DNA of 64,000 bases from positions 2,529 through 66,528 of the forward strand of contig JAFTDR010000203.1 in the NCBI GenBank assembly GCA_017454105.1, given 5' to 3'. This stretch comes from Desulfovibrionaceae bacterium (GTDB lineage: Bacteria; Desulfobacterota; Desulfovibrionia; Desulfovibrionales; Desulfovibrionaceae). Numbering within the stretch: position 1 is the first letter of the stretch; the number at the start of each line of letters is the position of its first letter. Shown piece by piece: positions 48,948-58,232 of the stretch. Both the position numbers and the translations under genes were made by a program. Under the pieces are notes generated by a model. The model was not told the DNA's origin and did not search any database. It saw only the letters and a program-made list of their open reading frames with translations.

Positions 48948-49485
48948 AGTAGTTTTCCTTCTTGATTTCAAAGAAGCTCTGCGGATGACTACAGACTGGG
49001 CAGAGCTTGGGCGCCTTCTTGCCGATCACGATATGGCCGCAATTGCTGCACTGCCACACACAGTCGCCGTCGCGCGAGAAGACGAGGTCGCCTTCGATAT
49101 TCGCGAGGAGTTTGCGATAGCGTTCCTCATGCTCTTTCTCGATTTTGCCGACCATCTCGAAGCGGGCTGCGATTTCAGTAAAGCCTTCCTCGCGGGCCTC
49201 TTTCGCCATGCGGGCGTACATGTCGGTCCATTCGAAGTTCTCGCCGTCAGCAGCCTGTTTCAGATTGTCGGTTGTGCTTTGAATGTCCCCGCCCTGCAGA
49301 TACTTGAACCAAATTTTGGCGTGTTCTTTTTCGTTGCCAGCGGTTTCTTCAAAGATGTTGGCAATCTGCACATAGCCTTCCTTGCGGGCTTTGGCGGCAA
49401 AGTAGGTGTATTTGTTGCGGGCCTGGCTCTCACCGGCAAAGGCTTCCTGCAGGTTCTTTTCTGTTTTGCTTCCTTTAAGGTCCAT
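48946..49485 (-). CDS. rbr: Rubrerythrin
   Basis: [25 protein letters not shown]-terminal CSNCG...CPVC. Confidence 0.95.
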   Translation of the reverse strand: MDLKGSKTEKNLQEAFAGESQARNKYTYFAAKARKEGYVQIANIFEETAGNEKEHAKIWFKYLQGGDIQSTTDNLKQAADGENFEWTDMYARMAKEAREEGFTEIAARFEMVGKIEKEHEERYRKLLANIEGDLVFSRDGDCVWQCSNCGHIVIGKKAPKLCPVCSHPQSFFEIKKENY

Positions 49486-49559
49486 TGGAGTTCTCCTTTA
49501 TTTGAGATTCGGCGTTGCGCCGTATCCATTATATAGCCCTTTTTTTTTCACTTGAAAAG

Positions 49560-50072
49560 CTACTCTGTGAGGAGCGCTTTAGCGCGAGTTGATTGGGGAC
49601 GTACGCTTTGGATAATTTTGTCTGCGCCGCGCATTGAAGGATCCTTTGCGATTATGATCAAAAGCGAGTCCTTGTTGCTTGTGACATAGGTTGTGGCAAG
49701 ACCGGGCAGAGTCTTGTCGCGCGGATTGCCGGTAAAGACCCAGTAGGGGCCTTTTTGTACAGGCTCGCTTGCGTCGGCCTGCTCTTTAGCGAGTGCCTTC
49801 GCTGAGTCCTCGCTGTTTTTGCCCGGTTTGTTTGGAAGAAGGTAGAGGCTGATAAAGGCCAGATAGTTTTCCTCCGCTTCGTCTTTTAAGCCAAGAGTCA
49901 GCATGTACTCCTCACGGTCGCGTGTGAGAAAGCCCACGCGTTCTGTGCCATCCCAGCCTTCTGGGAGATCGCAGGAGAATTCTTGAAAGATCTGCTCTTT
50001 TGCGAACGCATTGGGAGTTGCGAGTACGCTTACAAGAAAGACAAGAGCGATGAGAGCGTGAGTGCGAAACAT
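49560..50072 (-). CDS. Secreted hypothetical protein (PsbP/DcrB-like start)
   Basis: Signal peptide MFRTHALIALVFLVSVLATPNAFA; FSCDLPEGW. Confidence 0.7.
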   Translation of the reverse strand: MFRTHALIALVFLVSVLATPNAFAKEQIFQEFSCDLPEGWDGTERVGFLTRDREEYMLTLGLKDEAEENYLAFISLYLLPNKPGKNSEDSAKALAKEQADASEPVQKGPYWVFTGNPRDKTLPGLATTYVTSNKDSLLIIIAKDPSMRGADKIIQSVRPQSTRAKALLTE

Positions 50073-50091
50073 GGTTTTCTCCGTGATTGGG

Positions 50092-50955
50092 CTACTGGCA
50101 GAGAATTTGGATTGCGGGCAGAAGACAATATGCAAGCACAAGGCCCGCCGTTAGGCGGAGCAGGAAGGGCTGCGTTTTTTCGGCAAAGAAAATGCCCGCA
50201 AGGCAGAGGATGATTGCGAGAATTGCCCCTGTGTGCAGGGCAAGAAGAACAAGAGGTGGCGGCATATGGCCCTCGCGGAAAAAATAGCCTGTGAGGGTGC
50301 CCAAGTCGCTTATGACCTTGGGGAATGCGCCAATTGCCGCTGTTGCTGCGAGAACCTTGCGCACCGCTTTGTTTTCGCTAAGGCCAGCGGCTTTTTTTGT
50401 CCACAGAAGAAGACCCAGAAGGGTTAGGCCGCAGGGGAAGAGACTAAAGAAAAAAGTGTGTTCCGCGTTTTTTAAGACTGCGATAAGCGCGTCTGCGCGC
50501 GAGAGGCCTTCTGGAAGTCCTGCGAAGGGCCAGACGAGTACGGCGTTTTGCGCAAAAAAAAGGAGAGCGAGACAAACAAGGGGCAGAACAATTCTTTTTT
50601 TGCCGAGGCTTCCTTGTGCGAGAAAAATCAAGGGGAGGGCACACAGCCAAAGACCTGTGGCCGCTGTATAGGGGAGAAGTGCGGGATGGCTTAGGCCTGG
50701 GATTTGCCAGGAGTATCCGTGCGCAGCGAGGTTTGCCGGCACAAGGGCAAAGGTGGCAATAATGGCAATTGGTCCTGCAATCCACAGATATCCCATGGTG
50801 CGCAGAAGGAGGGGAAGCGCTTGCGCCGCGTCCCCGCTCTTTTTTTTATCTGCCATATAGCTTGCTGCCAGGATAAAAAGCGGCAAAACCTGGGCTGCGG
50901 AGGACAAAAATTGTGCTGTGTCGTAGAGAATCTGCAGGAGAACGAGGGTAGTCAT
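50092..50955 (-). CDS. Polytopic membrane protein, unknown function
   Basis: 287 aa with about 7-8 hydrophobic segments; fills the gap between co-oriented genes. Confidence 0.65.
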   Translation of the reverse strand: MTTLVLLQILYDTAQFLSSAAQVLPLFILAASYMADKKKSGDAAQALPLLLRTMGYLWIAGPIAIIATFALVPANLAAHGYSWQIPGLSHPALLPYTAATGLWLCALPLIFLAQGSLGKKRIVLPLVCLALLFFAQNAVLVWPFAGLPEGLSRADALIAVLKNAEHTFFFSLFPCGLTLLGLLLWTKKAAGLSENKAVRKVLAATAAIGAFPKVISDLGTLTGYFFREGHMPPPLVLLALHTGAILAIILCLAGIFFAEKTQPFLLRLTAGLVLAYCLLPAIQILCQ

Positions 50956-51110
50956 GGGCGACCTTGTCTTGATTGACAGAAAATTTGGGGACTTCTCTTT
51001 TTACGTCAGGCATTCGAGAGTGTGGTCTTGGTATACTTTGGCAGTCCGTTTCAAGGTGAACGAGGTTTTTTTGGGGGGCTGCACGTCTCTTTGTCAAAGT
51101 GCATACGGCC

Positions 51111-52955
51111 TTAGCGCGCCATTTCTTGGGCTTTTTTCTCAAGATAGGCCTCATAGCGCGGCAGAAGGAGAGCTGGTTTGCCCTCTCCGAGAATTGTGCC
51201 GTTTCCAAGCCAGTAGAGGTAATCGCAGTGCGTGACAGTTGAGAGCCTGTGGGCGATAAGGACAAGGGTCGCCTCCCCGCCTAGGGATTCAATTGTGTGC
51301 TGAATGGCCTGTTCTGATGCGCCGTCGAGCGCGCTTGTTGCCTCATCAAAGAGGATAAGCTGCGGTTTGCTGTAGAGGGCTCTTGCTATGGCCACGCGCT
51401 GCACCTGCCCGCCTGAGAGGCGGACGCCGCGCTCACCAAGCACTGTGTCCAGGCCTTCTGGGATGTCGGCTAAGAAATCCATGGCCGCCATTTGACAGCA
51501 GCGTTTGACTCGTTCCCTGTCAATTGTCTTGCCCCATTCTGAGAAAGCGACATTTTCGGCGATTGTGGCATTTAAGAGAAAGGGGGCCTGGGGGACATAG
51601 CCGATTGTTTTAAGCCATGCGCTCGTATTCTCAGCTGTCAATTCGACAGAATCGATCAGAATTTTGCCATCTGTCGGGGCGAGGAGGCCAGTTATTAGGC
51701 CAACGACCGTGCTTTTCCCAGCGCCTGATGAGCCGATAAAGCCTGTCATACTGCCTTTCGGAATAGAAATTGTAAGCTTCGAGAGGGCATCCGGCCTGTC
51801 TTTCGGTGTGTCTGGGTAGCGGAAGGCGACATTGTCTAGCCTGAGTTCGCGGCTTAGAGCGCAGCTTTTTTGCTTTGCGCCATGTGTTTGTCTTCCGATC
51901 GCGCGTATCTCTGCGTCCAGGTCGGCTATGAAGGTGAGCGCGTCGCGGGTGTAGACCATGTGTTGCTGGACCTGAAGAAGAGCGGTCACAAGAGTGTTTG
52001 CTGTCGGTATAATTCGCCAGGTCACAGCCGCAATAAGGGCCAGTTTGCCTGTTAAGCCTGCGACGGAGAGGCCCTGGTGGCTTAGGATTAAGAGGGCCAC
52101 AAGAAGGAGGAGCATGCCTGTCAGATCGAGAATCCATGAAGGGGCAGGATAGATGACCGGGAGCATGCTTTGGACGCGCGCAAAGCCTTGTCGCTTGCTT
52201 GCGAACTGTTCAAGAAAGGCCTTTTCCTGACTGTATATTTTGACTTCCCGTATTCCGGCAAGGGACGGGTAACTCACTTTGTTTGCCTGGGCCTCCATTT
52301 CCATGGAGGTCTCGTTTAAGACATGGACCTTGCGCTCGGCGAGTGTGTAGGTCACCCCGGCGCTTAGGATGCAGGCGAAGAGGACAAAGAGAGCCGCAAG
52401 AGGCGTCACCTGCGCGATCACAAGGACAAGTACGCAGGCGACAAAGATTTGGCCTAAGGCCTGCAGGGCAGCCAGCAGAAAATCCGCGCTGAAACGGGCC
52501 CACATAAGCCGTGTTTGCAGCATACTCATGTCTTGTTTGACATGCCAGAGATAGGGCGCTTCTAAAAGCAGCTTGTAGAGGTGAACGCTAAAAAAAACGC
52601 CGACTTTCTGGGAAAAGCAAGCCTGCCGCCAGGTGCAAAAGGCAAGAGAGAGCGATTTGACGGCAACAGCCACGCAGAGAGCGACCATAAGCCATAGAAG
52701 CAGGACGCGCTGATCGCTTGCGAGCGCTTTGAGTGCCGGAAAGAATTCTGTCAGCGTGTGGAAAGCCTGAGCGTTCAGAATAGTCTCTGGCGCGGCCAGG
52801 GCAATTCCAAGAAGCGAGAGGGCCGCTGTTATGGCGAGTTCAAGAAGACTGATAGTTGCGGACAGGGCGACGACCCGAACGCAGCCGAACTTGAGCGGCC
52901 GCGAGAGCTGCGCGTAGAGCGCGCGGAACGTTTCTATTGCATGTGTCTGTGCCAT
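51111..52955 (-). CDS. ABC exporter, fused permease/ATPase (PglK/HetA-like glycolipid flippase)
   Basis: TMD plus GSSGAGKS, LSGGQVQR, FDEATSALD, IAHRL. Confidence 0.85.
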   Translation of the reverse strand: MAQTHAIETFRALYAQLSRPLKFGCVRVVALSATISLLELAITAALSLLGIALAAPETILNAQAFHTLTEFFPALKALASDQRVLLLWLMVALCVAVAVKSLSLAFCTWRQACFSQKVGVFFSVHLYKLLLEAPYLWHVKQDMSMLQTRLMWARFSADFLLAALQALGQIFVACVLVLVIAQVTPLAALFVLFACILSAGVTYTLAERKVHVLNETSMEMEAQANKVSYPSLAGIREVKIYSQEKAFLEQFASKRQGFARVQSMLPVIYPAPSWILDLTGMLLLLVALLILSHQGLSVAGLTGKLALIAAVTWRIIPTANTLVTALLQVQQHMVYTRDALTFIADLDAEIRAIGRQTHGAKQKSCALSRELRLDNVAFRYPDTPKDRPDALSKLTISIPKGSMTGFIGSSGAGKSTVVGLITGLLAPTDGKILIDSVELTAENTSAWLKTIGYVPQAPFLLNATIAENVAFSEWGKTIDRERVKRCCQMAAMDFLADIPEGLDTVLGERGVRLSGGQVQRVAIARALYSKPQLILFDEATSALDGASEQAIQHTIESLGGEATLVLIAHRLSTVTHCDYLYWLGNGTILGEGKPALLLPRYEAYLEKKAQEMAR

Positions 52956-53084
52956 GAAGACCTCTTAGAAGGGGATGATACAAGGCGTCACAATGATTTT
53001 TCCCATGCCGATTCATTGATGGCGCTTTCCTCTGGCTTGTGTGGAAAAAACATTGTGCGGCCAGGTAGAACACGGTTTTCCATG

Positions 53085-53164
53085 TGTACTTGAGCCAGAA
53101 ACAAACTGACACTCTCAAGTCTGGTATTGTTAACACCAAGTGACAACTTTTTATCTCGAGTATA
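53085..53164 (+). mobile_element. MITE family A copy with internal deletion
   Basis: TGTACTTGAGCCAGAAACAAACTGAC..CTCAAGTCTGGTATT...GAGTATA, 80 bp. Confidence 0.8.
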
Positions 53165-54269
53165 TCCGCCCACAGAACTGGCCGCTTGCGGGGCCCTTTT
53201 GGCGCGCTAAAACCATTGTAACGGCCAGAAGGCGGCCTTATCCGAATGGCGATGGGCTGATATTTTTCTTTTAAGGAAAACTCTTGAAATCGGACGATAA
53301 AAAGTATATATTTAAAAAGAAAATACAATAAGAATAAGAGAAAATCACTAGATTTTTTAGGGTATCATTAAAGATTTTCTAGAGAATTTCTACTTGCAAA
53401 TGTCGGGCCGAAAGCAAGCAGGCAAACGGCTGTTCTTTTTGGCGACTGCGTGCTTTTTCCACAAACTCTCATGCGTAAATACATGGGCCTGGTCTCGCCT
53501 GCAGTGGGCGAGTGTACAGATTTTTCAGCTTGATTGCGAGAGATAGGAGGCGTTTTGCCTGAGAAACCAGATGCTCGCACGTAAGCGAGGACTTACGGCA
53601 AATCAATTCACGGATTGTAAGAGAGCGTGGATTGCACGCTCTTTGGGCCATCTGTTGTAACGCACTTTCCCTGCATGAAATGGAGTGTGCGAGGCGAAAA
53701 CCCTACTAGGACTAGTTTAGCTATACTCGCACAATGATTCTCCCCGTGCTGATTACTTGAGGCCTCCTTTGGCTTCGCGTACATCAGTATGCGGCCAGTT
53801 TCGGCTATGCTGGAATGTACGTGAGTATAGGGGAGGGGGTATTGTACGCTAGGTCTCGAAGCTACTCGACGCAAGGAAAAAAACGTCCATCCGAGTGGAA
53901 TGAGATGAGAGAACAATGCGGGGGCGTAGTCCAACGATGGCTTTTTTCCCGACCTAAAGAGATCCGTGACTCTCTGCTGTAAAAGAGTGCTTAAGAGATA
54001 TTCTAGAAAATTGTATTGCAATATAGGCTTGTCTAGAGATTTTTGTGAATCTTCTTGACAGCGTAGAACGACGAGTAGGCCTTGTGGGTACAGGCTGGAC
54101 ACGATTGTGTTTTTCGCTGATTGACAGTACCTTGACCTGTGAGCGTAGTCTGCTTAAAAAAGTTTTTTTAGAAAAGCGAATAAGCGCATTCAAGAGAATG
54201 TGACAGATGAAAATTTGATAGACTAAAACTTGATATTTGATAGACGAGTACTTTGCGAGGAGCTTTGTT

Positions 54270-55667
54270 ATGACACGGCTGCTTCTGGGGATTCTTTTTC
54301 TACTTCTCTGCCTGCCAACGGCTGTTGACGCGCGGAAAAAATGGCCCAACCCGCCGAAAGAAGGTGCCTCTGTCGATCTTGTTGATACTGTCTACGGTGT
54401 TCTTCGGACGCACAGGAGCATACGGGGAATGCAGGAGAACAAGCTTGTTCTAGAATATGAACTGGACAAGGCGCGCGGCGGTTTCGGCCCGCAGATTGTG
54501 CTTGAGGGCCGCGGTGGCGGCAGCGTCTACAGCGATTCAACGACACGAGGGCAGGATCTCGACGGGACAATGTACAGCTACTATTCGGGAAGCGCGAAGC
54601 TTGTGCAGCCTATCTGGGACGGCTTTGCGACGCGCTCCCAGGTCCGCGAGGCCACATCGACCCTTGAATCGCAGAAGCATAGACTCTTCGACACAGCGAC
54701 ATCGCTGTCATTAGACGGGATCATCGCGCATATTGACCTTTTGCGCCGCAGGACTATCTACGAGCTTGCGGTCGACAATCTCCGTCAACACAAAGAACTC
54801 CTCGATCAGGAGCAGGAGCGCGTGACTCTTGGCGCCGACACGGCGGCGGATCTGACGCAGACGCAGTCGCGTCTTGCCAGGGCTGAGTCGAGTCTCTCTG
54901 AAGCGAAGGCTGCTTTGCGCGTTGCTGAGTACACCTATGTGCGACTCACCGGCATGGAGCCCGCAAAACTTTCGCCTGTGACTTTGCCGCCCAAGATCTA
55001 TGAACAGCCAGCTGAAATCTTTAAACAAGCGCAGAAGAGCAATCCCAAAATTCTCGCCTATCTTCAAGATATCAAGGCGAGCCGGGCACGACGCGAGGGG
55101 GCGGATGCGGCCATGTCGCCCACTGTGAACCTTGAGGTCGGCCCGTCCTACACGGACAGGGGAGGAAACGACGATCGCTGGATTTACAGCTTTGATGTGC
55201 TTGGCACTGTGCGCTGGAATATTTTTAACAGCGGCCGCGATCTTGCCGAGCGCAAGGCGGCCTCAGCGAGAATGCGCCAGTCTCGCCAGGTCATGTACGA
55301 TTTCTTTGACACCCTGCGTCTGGACATTGAAAGCACATGGTATAATTATCTGGCGGCAAAGGAGCAGTACGAACACTATTCAAAAGCCGTTGAGTTCAAC
55401 AAATACACGCGCGAGGCCTATATTGAGCAGTTCTCAATCGGAAAACGCAGTCTTCTCGATGTGCTGGACACAATAAATGAGCTGCACAATTCGTCGACCC
55501 AGGCGGAAACAGCTCGCGGCAACATCTTAGTCGGCGCCTACCGCCTCGCAGCTCTTGCCGGCACACTGCTTCCCGATATGAAGATCGATCTTGAGCCGCT
55601 TGGCGAAAGGGCTCCTGTTGACAAGACAGACAAGCGCGAGCGATTTGCCCCCGGCTGGTTTAAGTGA
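54270..55667 (+). CDS. TolC-family outer-membrane channel of a type I secretion system (LapE-like)
   Basis: Signal peptide, LVQPIWDGF, QFSIGKRSLLDVLD. Confidence 0.92.
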   Translation: MTRLLLGILFLLLCLPTAVDARKKWPNPPKEGASVDLVDTVYGVLRTHRSIRGMQENKLVLEYELDKARGGFGPQIVLEGRGGGSVYSDSTTRGQDLDGTMYSYYSGSAKLVQPIWDGFATRSQVREATSTLESQKHRLFDTATSLSLDGIIAHIDLLRRRTIYELAVDNLRQHKELLDQEQERVTLGADTAADLTQTQSRLARAESSLSEAKAALRVAEYTYVRLTGMEPAKLSPVTLPPKIYEQPAEIFKQAQKSNPKILAYLQDIKASRARREGADAAMSPTVNLEVGPSYTDRGGNDDRWIYSFDVLGTVRWNIFNSGRDLAERKAASARMRQSRQVMYDFFDTLRLDIESTWYNYLAAKEQYEHYSKAVEFNKYTREAYIEQFSIGKRSLLDVLDTINELHNSSTQAETARGNILVGAYRLAALAGTLLPDMKIDLEPLGERAPVDKTDKRERFAPGWFK

Positions 55668-55845
55668 TCGAGCATTCACAGGACGCGCCCGATATGCTAT
55701 AGGTCTTTATATGGTCTCTCTGTGCTGGTTGTAAACCGGCCTTGCGGGTGCTAAAAAACGATCAGACCGCCACAGAAAAGCGCAATTGTCATCTCTTGCG
55801 TCATGAAGGATCTGTCCCCTTTTGGAGGAGACGGATCCTTCATTG

Positions 55846-55881
55846 CTGCAAGGCTCTGCAAGGCTCTGCAAGGCTCTGCAA
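55846..55881. repeat. 10-bp tandem repeat (CTGCAAGGCT x3.6)
   Basis: Directly visible between tolC and the T1SS ATPase gene. Confidence 0.9.
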
Positions 55882-56029
55882 AGTTTTTTGTACGCGTGCG
55901 CCCCGTGTGCCGACCAATTGAGAGAGGAGGCCCTGGAAAGAAGTTTTAAGGTATGCAGTTTTGTGCAGGATTGGCAGGCGCCTGACAGTGTCGGGCGTTG
56001 TATTCTCCGTGCTGAAAGGGAGCGTTGCA

Positions 56030-58228
56030 ATGAGTCAGGCTGAAGTACAGAGTTCCGCTCAGGTAAAAGGGCAGGGTGTTGGTCCGCTCAGACCTTCAGA
56101 TGTGGATTTTACGCCGTCTCTCTTAAAGAGCATGTCCATTCTTCTGCGTCTTAAAGGACGTCCCGTCTCTCCGCAAATCCTTGTCGCAAGCCTTGGCAGC
56201 GGCAAGGTGAGTCCGCAGGCCTGTCTTCGGGCCGTGCGCAAAGTTGGGATTGTAGCCGACATCCTGTACCGTCCGACTCTCGATAGCATCTCCTCCCTCC
56301 TTACGCCCTGCATTCTTCTGCTTACAAACGACCGATCCTGCGTTTTGACAAAGATTGACGGTGAGTCTTACTCTGTTATTTTTCCAGAGACAGGCGAAGA
56401 GACTGTTGTTGTCGAGCGCGAGGAGCTGGCAAAAGAGTACTCGGGCTACGCGCTATTTGCCGCGCTGCCCACGCGGACCGAGGATCGTGTCGAGAGACTG
56501 ACGATTTCGAGCGGGAAACGCTGGTTTTGGGATGTTTTGCGCTACTACGCGCCCATTTACCGCCATGTCGCCTTGGCGAGTGTTGTGATCAATCTGATTG
56601 CCATTGCCTCGCCCCTCTTTGTCATGAATGTCTACGACCGCGTAATACCAAACAATGCCGTCGAGACACTCTGGGTTTTGGCAGTCGGAGTCTTGATCAT
56701 CTATATTTTTAATTTTCTGCTGACAGTTTTGCGCACTCACTTTGTCGATGTCGCGGGTCGCAATGCCGATATTGTGCTCTCAAGCACCCTTGTGGACAAA
56801 GTTCTCTCTATGCGTCTTGATTCAAAACCTGAGTCAACAGGCGCGCTTGTGAATAACCTTCGGGAGTTTGAGCAGCTTAGGGAATTTTTTAGTTCCTCAA
56901 GCATGCTCGCATTGATCGATATACCATTTCTTTTTATATTCATTGTCCTCATTGGCTTTATCGGCGGGTCCATTGTCTGCCTGCCGCTCATTGCCCTGCC
57001 AACGCTTTTTGTTCTCGGTCTCTTTCTCCAGCACCGCTCGCGCGCGGTTGCTGAGAGTGGCTACAAGCAGAACATGCAGAAAAATGCCCTACTTGTTGAG
57101 ATCGTGAACGGCATAGAGACACTCAAAAGCTGCATGGCCGAGTCGCGCATGCTGCGCTTATGGGAGTCGGTTGTTGGGCTCTCAGCGAAGTCGTCAAGCG
57201 ACACAAGGCGCTACAATAGTCTCGCTATTGCGGGATCCATGTTTGTGACCCAGTTTGTGACTGTTGCCATGATTATCTGGGGGGTCTACGCTATAGCAGA
57301 AGGCAATATGACAATGGGCGGGCTTATTGGCTGCAATATTCTTGTCGGCCGGGCCATGGCCCCGATGCTTCAGATGGCGACACTGCTCACGCGTCTCCAG
57401 AATTCGCGCATCACCCTGAAGTCCCTGGATATGCTGATGCAGCTTCCTTCGGAAAATCAGGCTGAGCGCACACTTATGGATTTTGGCTCCCTTGAGCCCT
57501 CCTTCACCTTGGAGGATGTCTCGTTTGCCTATCCGAATGCGAAGCGCTTAACTCTCGATCACATATCCTTGCGCGTTGAGCCAGGCGAGCGGGTTGGCAT
57601 CATAGGCCCCATGGGTTCAGGCAAAAGCACACTCTCGCGAATTTGCCTTGGTCTCTATCAGCCAAGAGACGGGGCTGTGAAATTTGGCGACGTCGATATC
57701 CGTCAGATTCCAGTCTCTGAGTACAGGAGCAGAATAGGTGTTCTGCCGCAGGATGTGGTCCTTTTTTACGGCTCAATTCGCGACAATATCACACTTGGGG
57801 ATCCGACCATAAACGATCATATGATTCTTAGGGCTGCGAGCTTGGCCGGGGTCACGGATTTTCTCCGCAACAATCCCGACGGCTTTGCGGCGCAGGTCGG
57901 CGAGGGCGGCAAGGCCCTCTCAGGCGGCCAGAGGCAGGCTGTTGCGCTTGCAAGAGCCTTGGTGCGCGATCCAGAAGTCATCTTTCTTGACGAGCCGACA
58001 AGCAATATGGACACAGACTCAGAGATTCTGTTCCAAAAGCGCCTTCTTGGGGCCCTTGCTGGGAGAACACTCTTTCTTGTGACCCACAGGCTTTCGATGC
58101 TGCGCGTAATCGACAGGCTTCTTGTTATGGAGAACGGGCAGATCAAGCTTGATGGTCCAAGGGACACGGTTCTTAAGGAGCTTCGGGAGCAGTCAAGCCG
58201 ACGGATCAACAAGGTCGCAAAAGGATAG
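56030..58228 (+). CDS. Type I secretion permease/ATPase with C39-like N-domain (LapB-like)
   Basis: LTPCILL, PLFVMNVYDRVIPN, GPMGSGKST, LSGGQRQ, LDEPTS. Confidence 0.93.
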   Translation: MSQAEVQSSAQVKGQGVGPLRPSDVDFTPSLLKSMSILLRLKGRPVSPQILVASLGSGKVSPQACLRAVRKVGIVADILYRPTLDSISSLLTPCILLLTNDRSCVLTKIDGESYSVIFPETGEETVVVEREELAKEYSGYALFAALPTRTEDRVERLTISSGKRWFWDVLRYYAPIYRHVALASVVINLIAIASPLFVMNVYDRVIPNNAVETLWVLAVGVLIIYIFNFLLTVLRTHFVDVAGRNADIVLSSTLVDKVLSMRLDSKPESTGALVNNLREFEQLREFFSSSSMLALIDIPFLFIFIVLIGFIGGSIVCLPLIALPTLFVLGLFLQHRSRAVAESGYKQNMQKNALLVEIVNGIETLKSCMAESRMLRLWESVVGLSAKSSSDTRRYNSLAIAGSMFVTQFVTVAMIIWGVYAIAEGNMTMGGLIGCNILVGRAMAPMLQMATLLTRLQNSRITLKSLDMLMQLPSENQAERTLMDFGSLEPSFTLEDVSFAYPNAKRLTLDHISLRVEPGERVGIIGPMGSGKSTLSRICLGLYQPRDGAVKFGDVDIRQIPVSEYRSRIGVLPQDVVLFYGSIRDNITLGDPTINDHMILRAASLAGVTDFLRNNPDGFAAQVGEGGKALSGGQRQAVALARALVRDPEVIFLDEPTSNMDTDSEILFQKRLLGALAGRTLFLVTHRLSMLRVIDRLLVMENGQIKLDGPRDTVLKELREQSSRRINKVAKG

Positions 58229-58232
58229 CACT

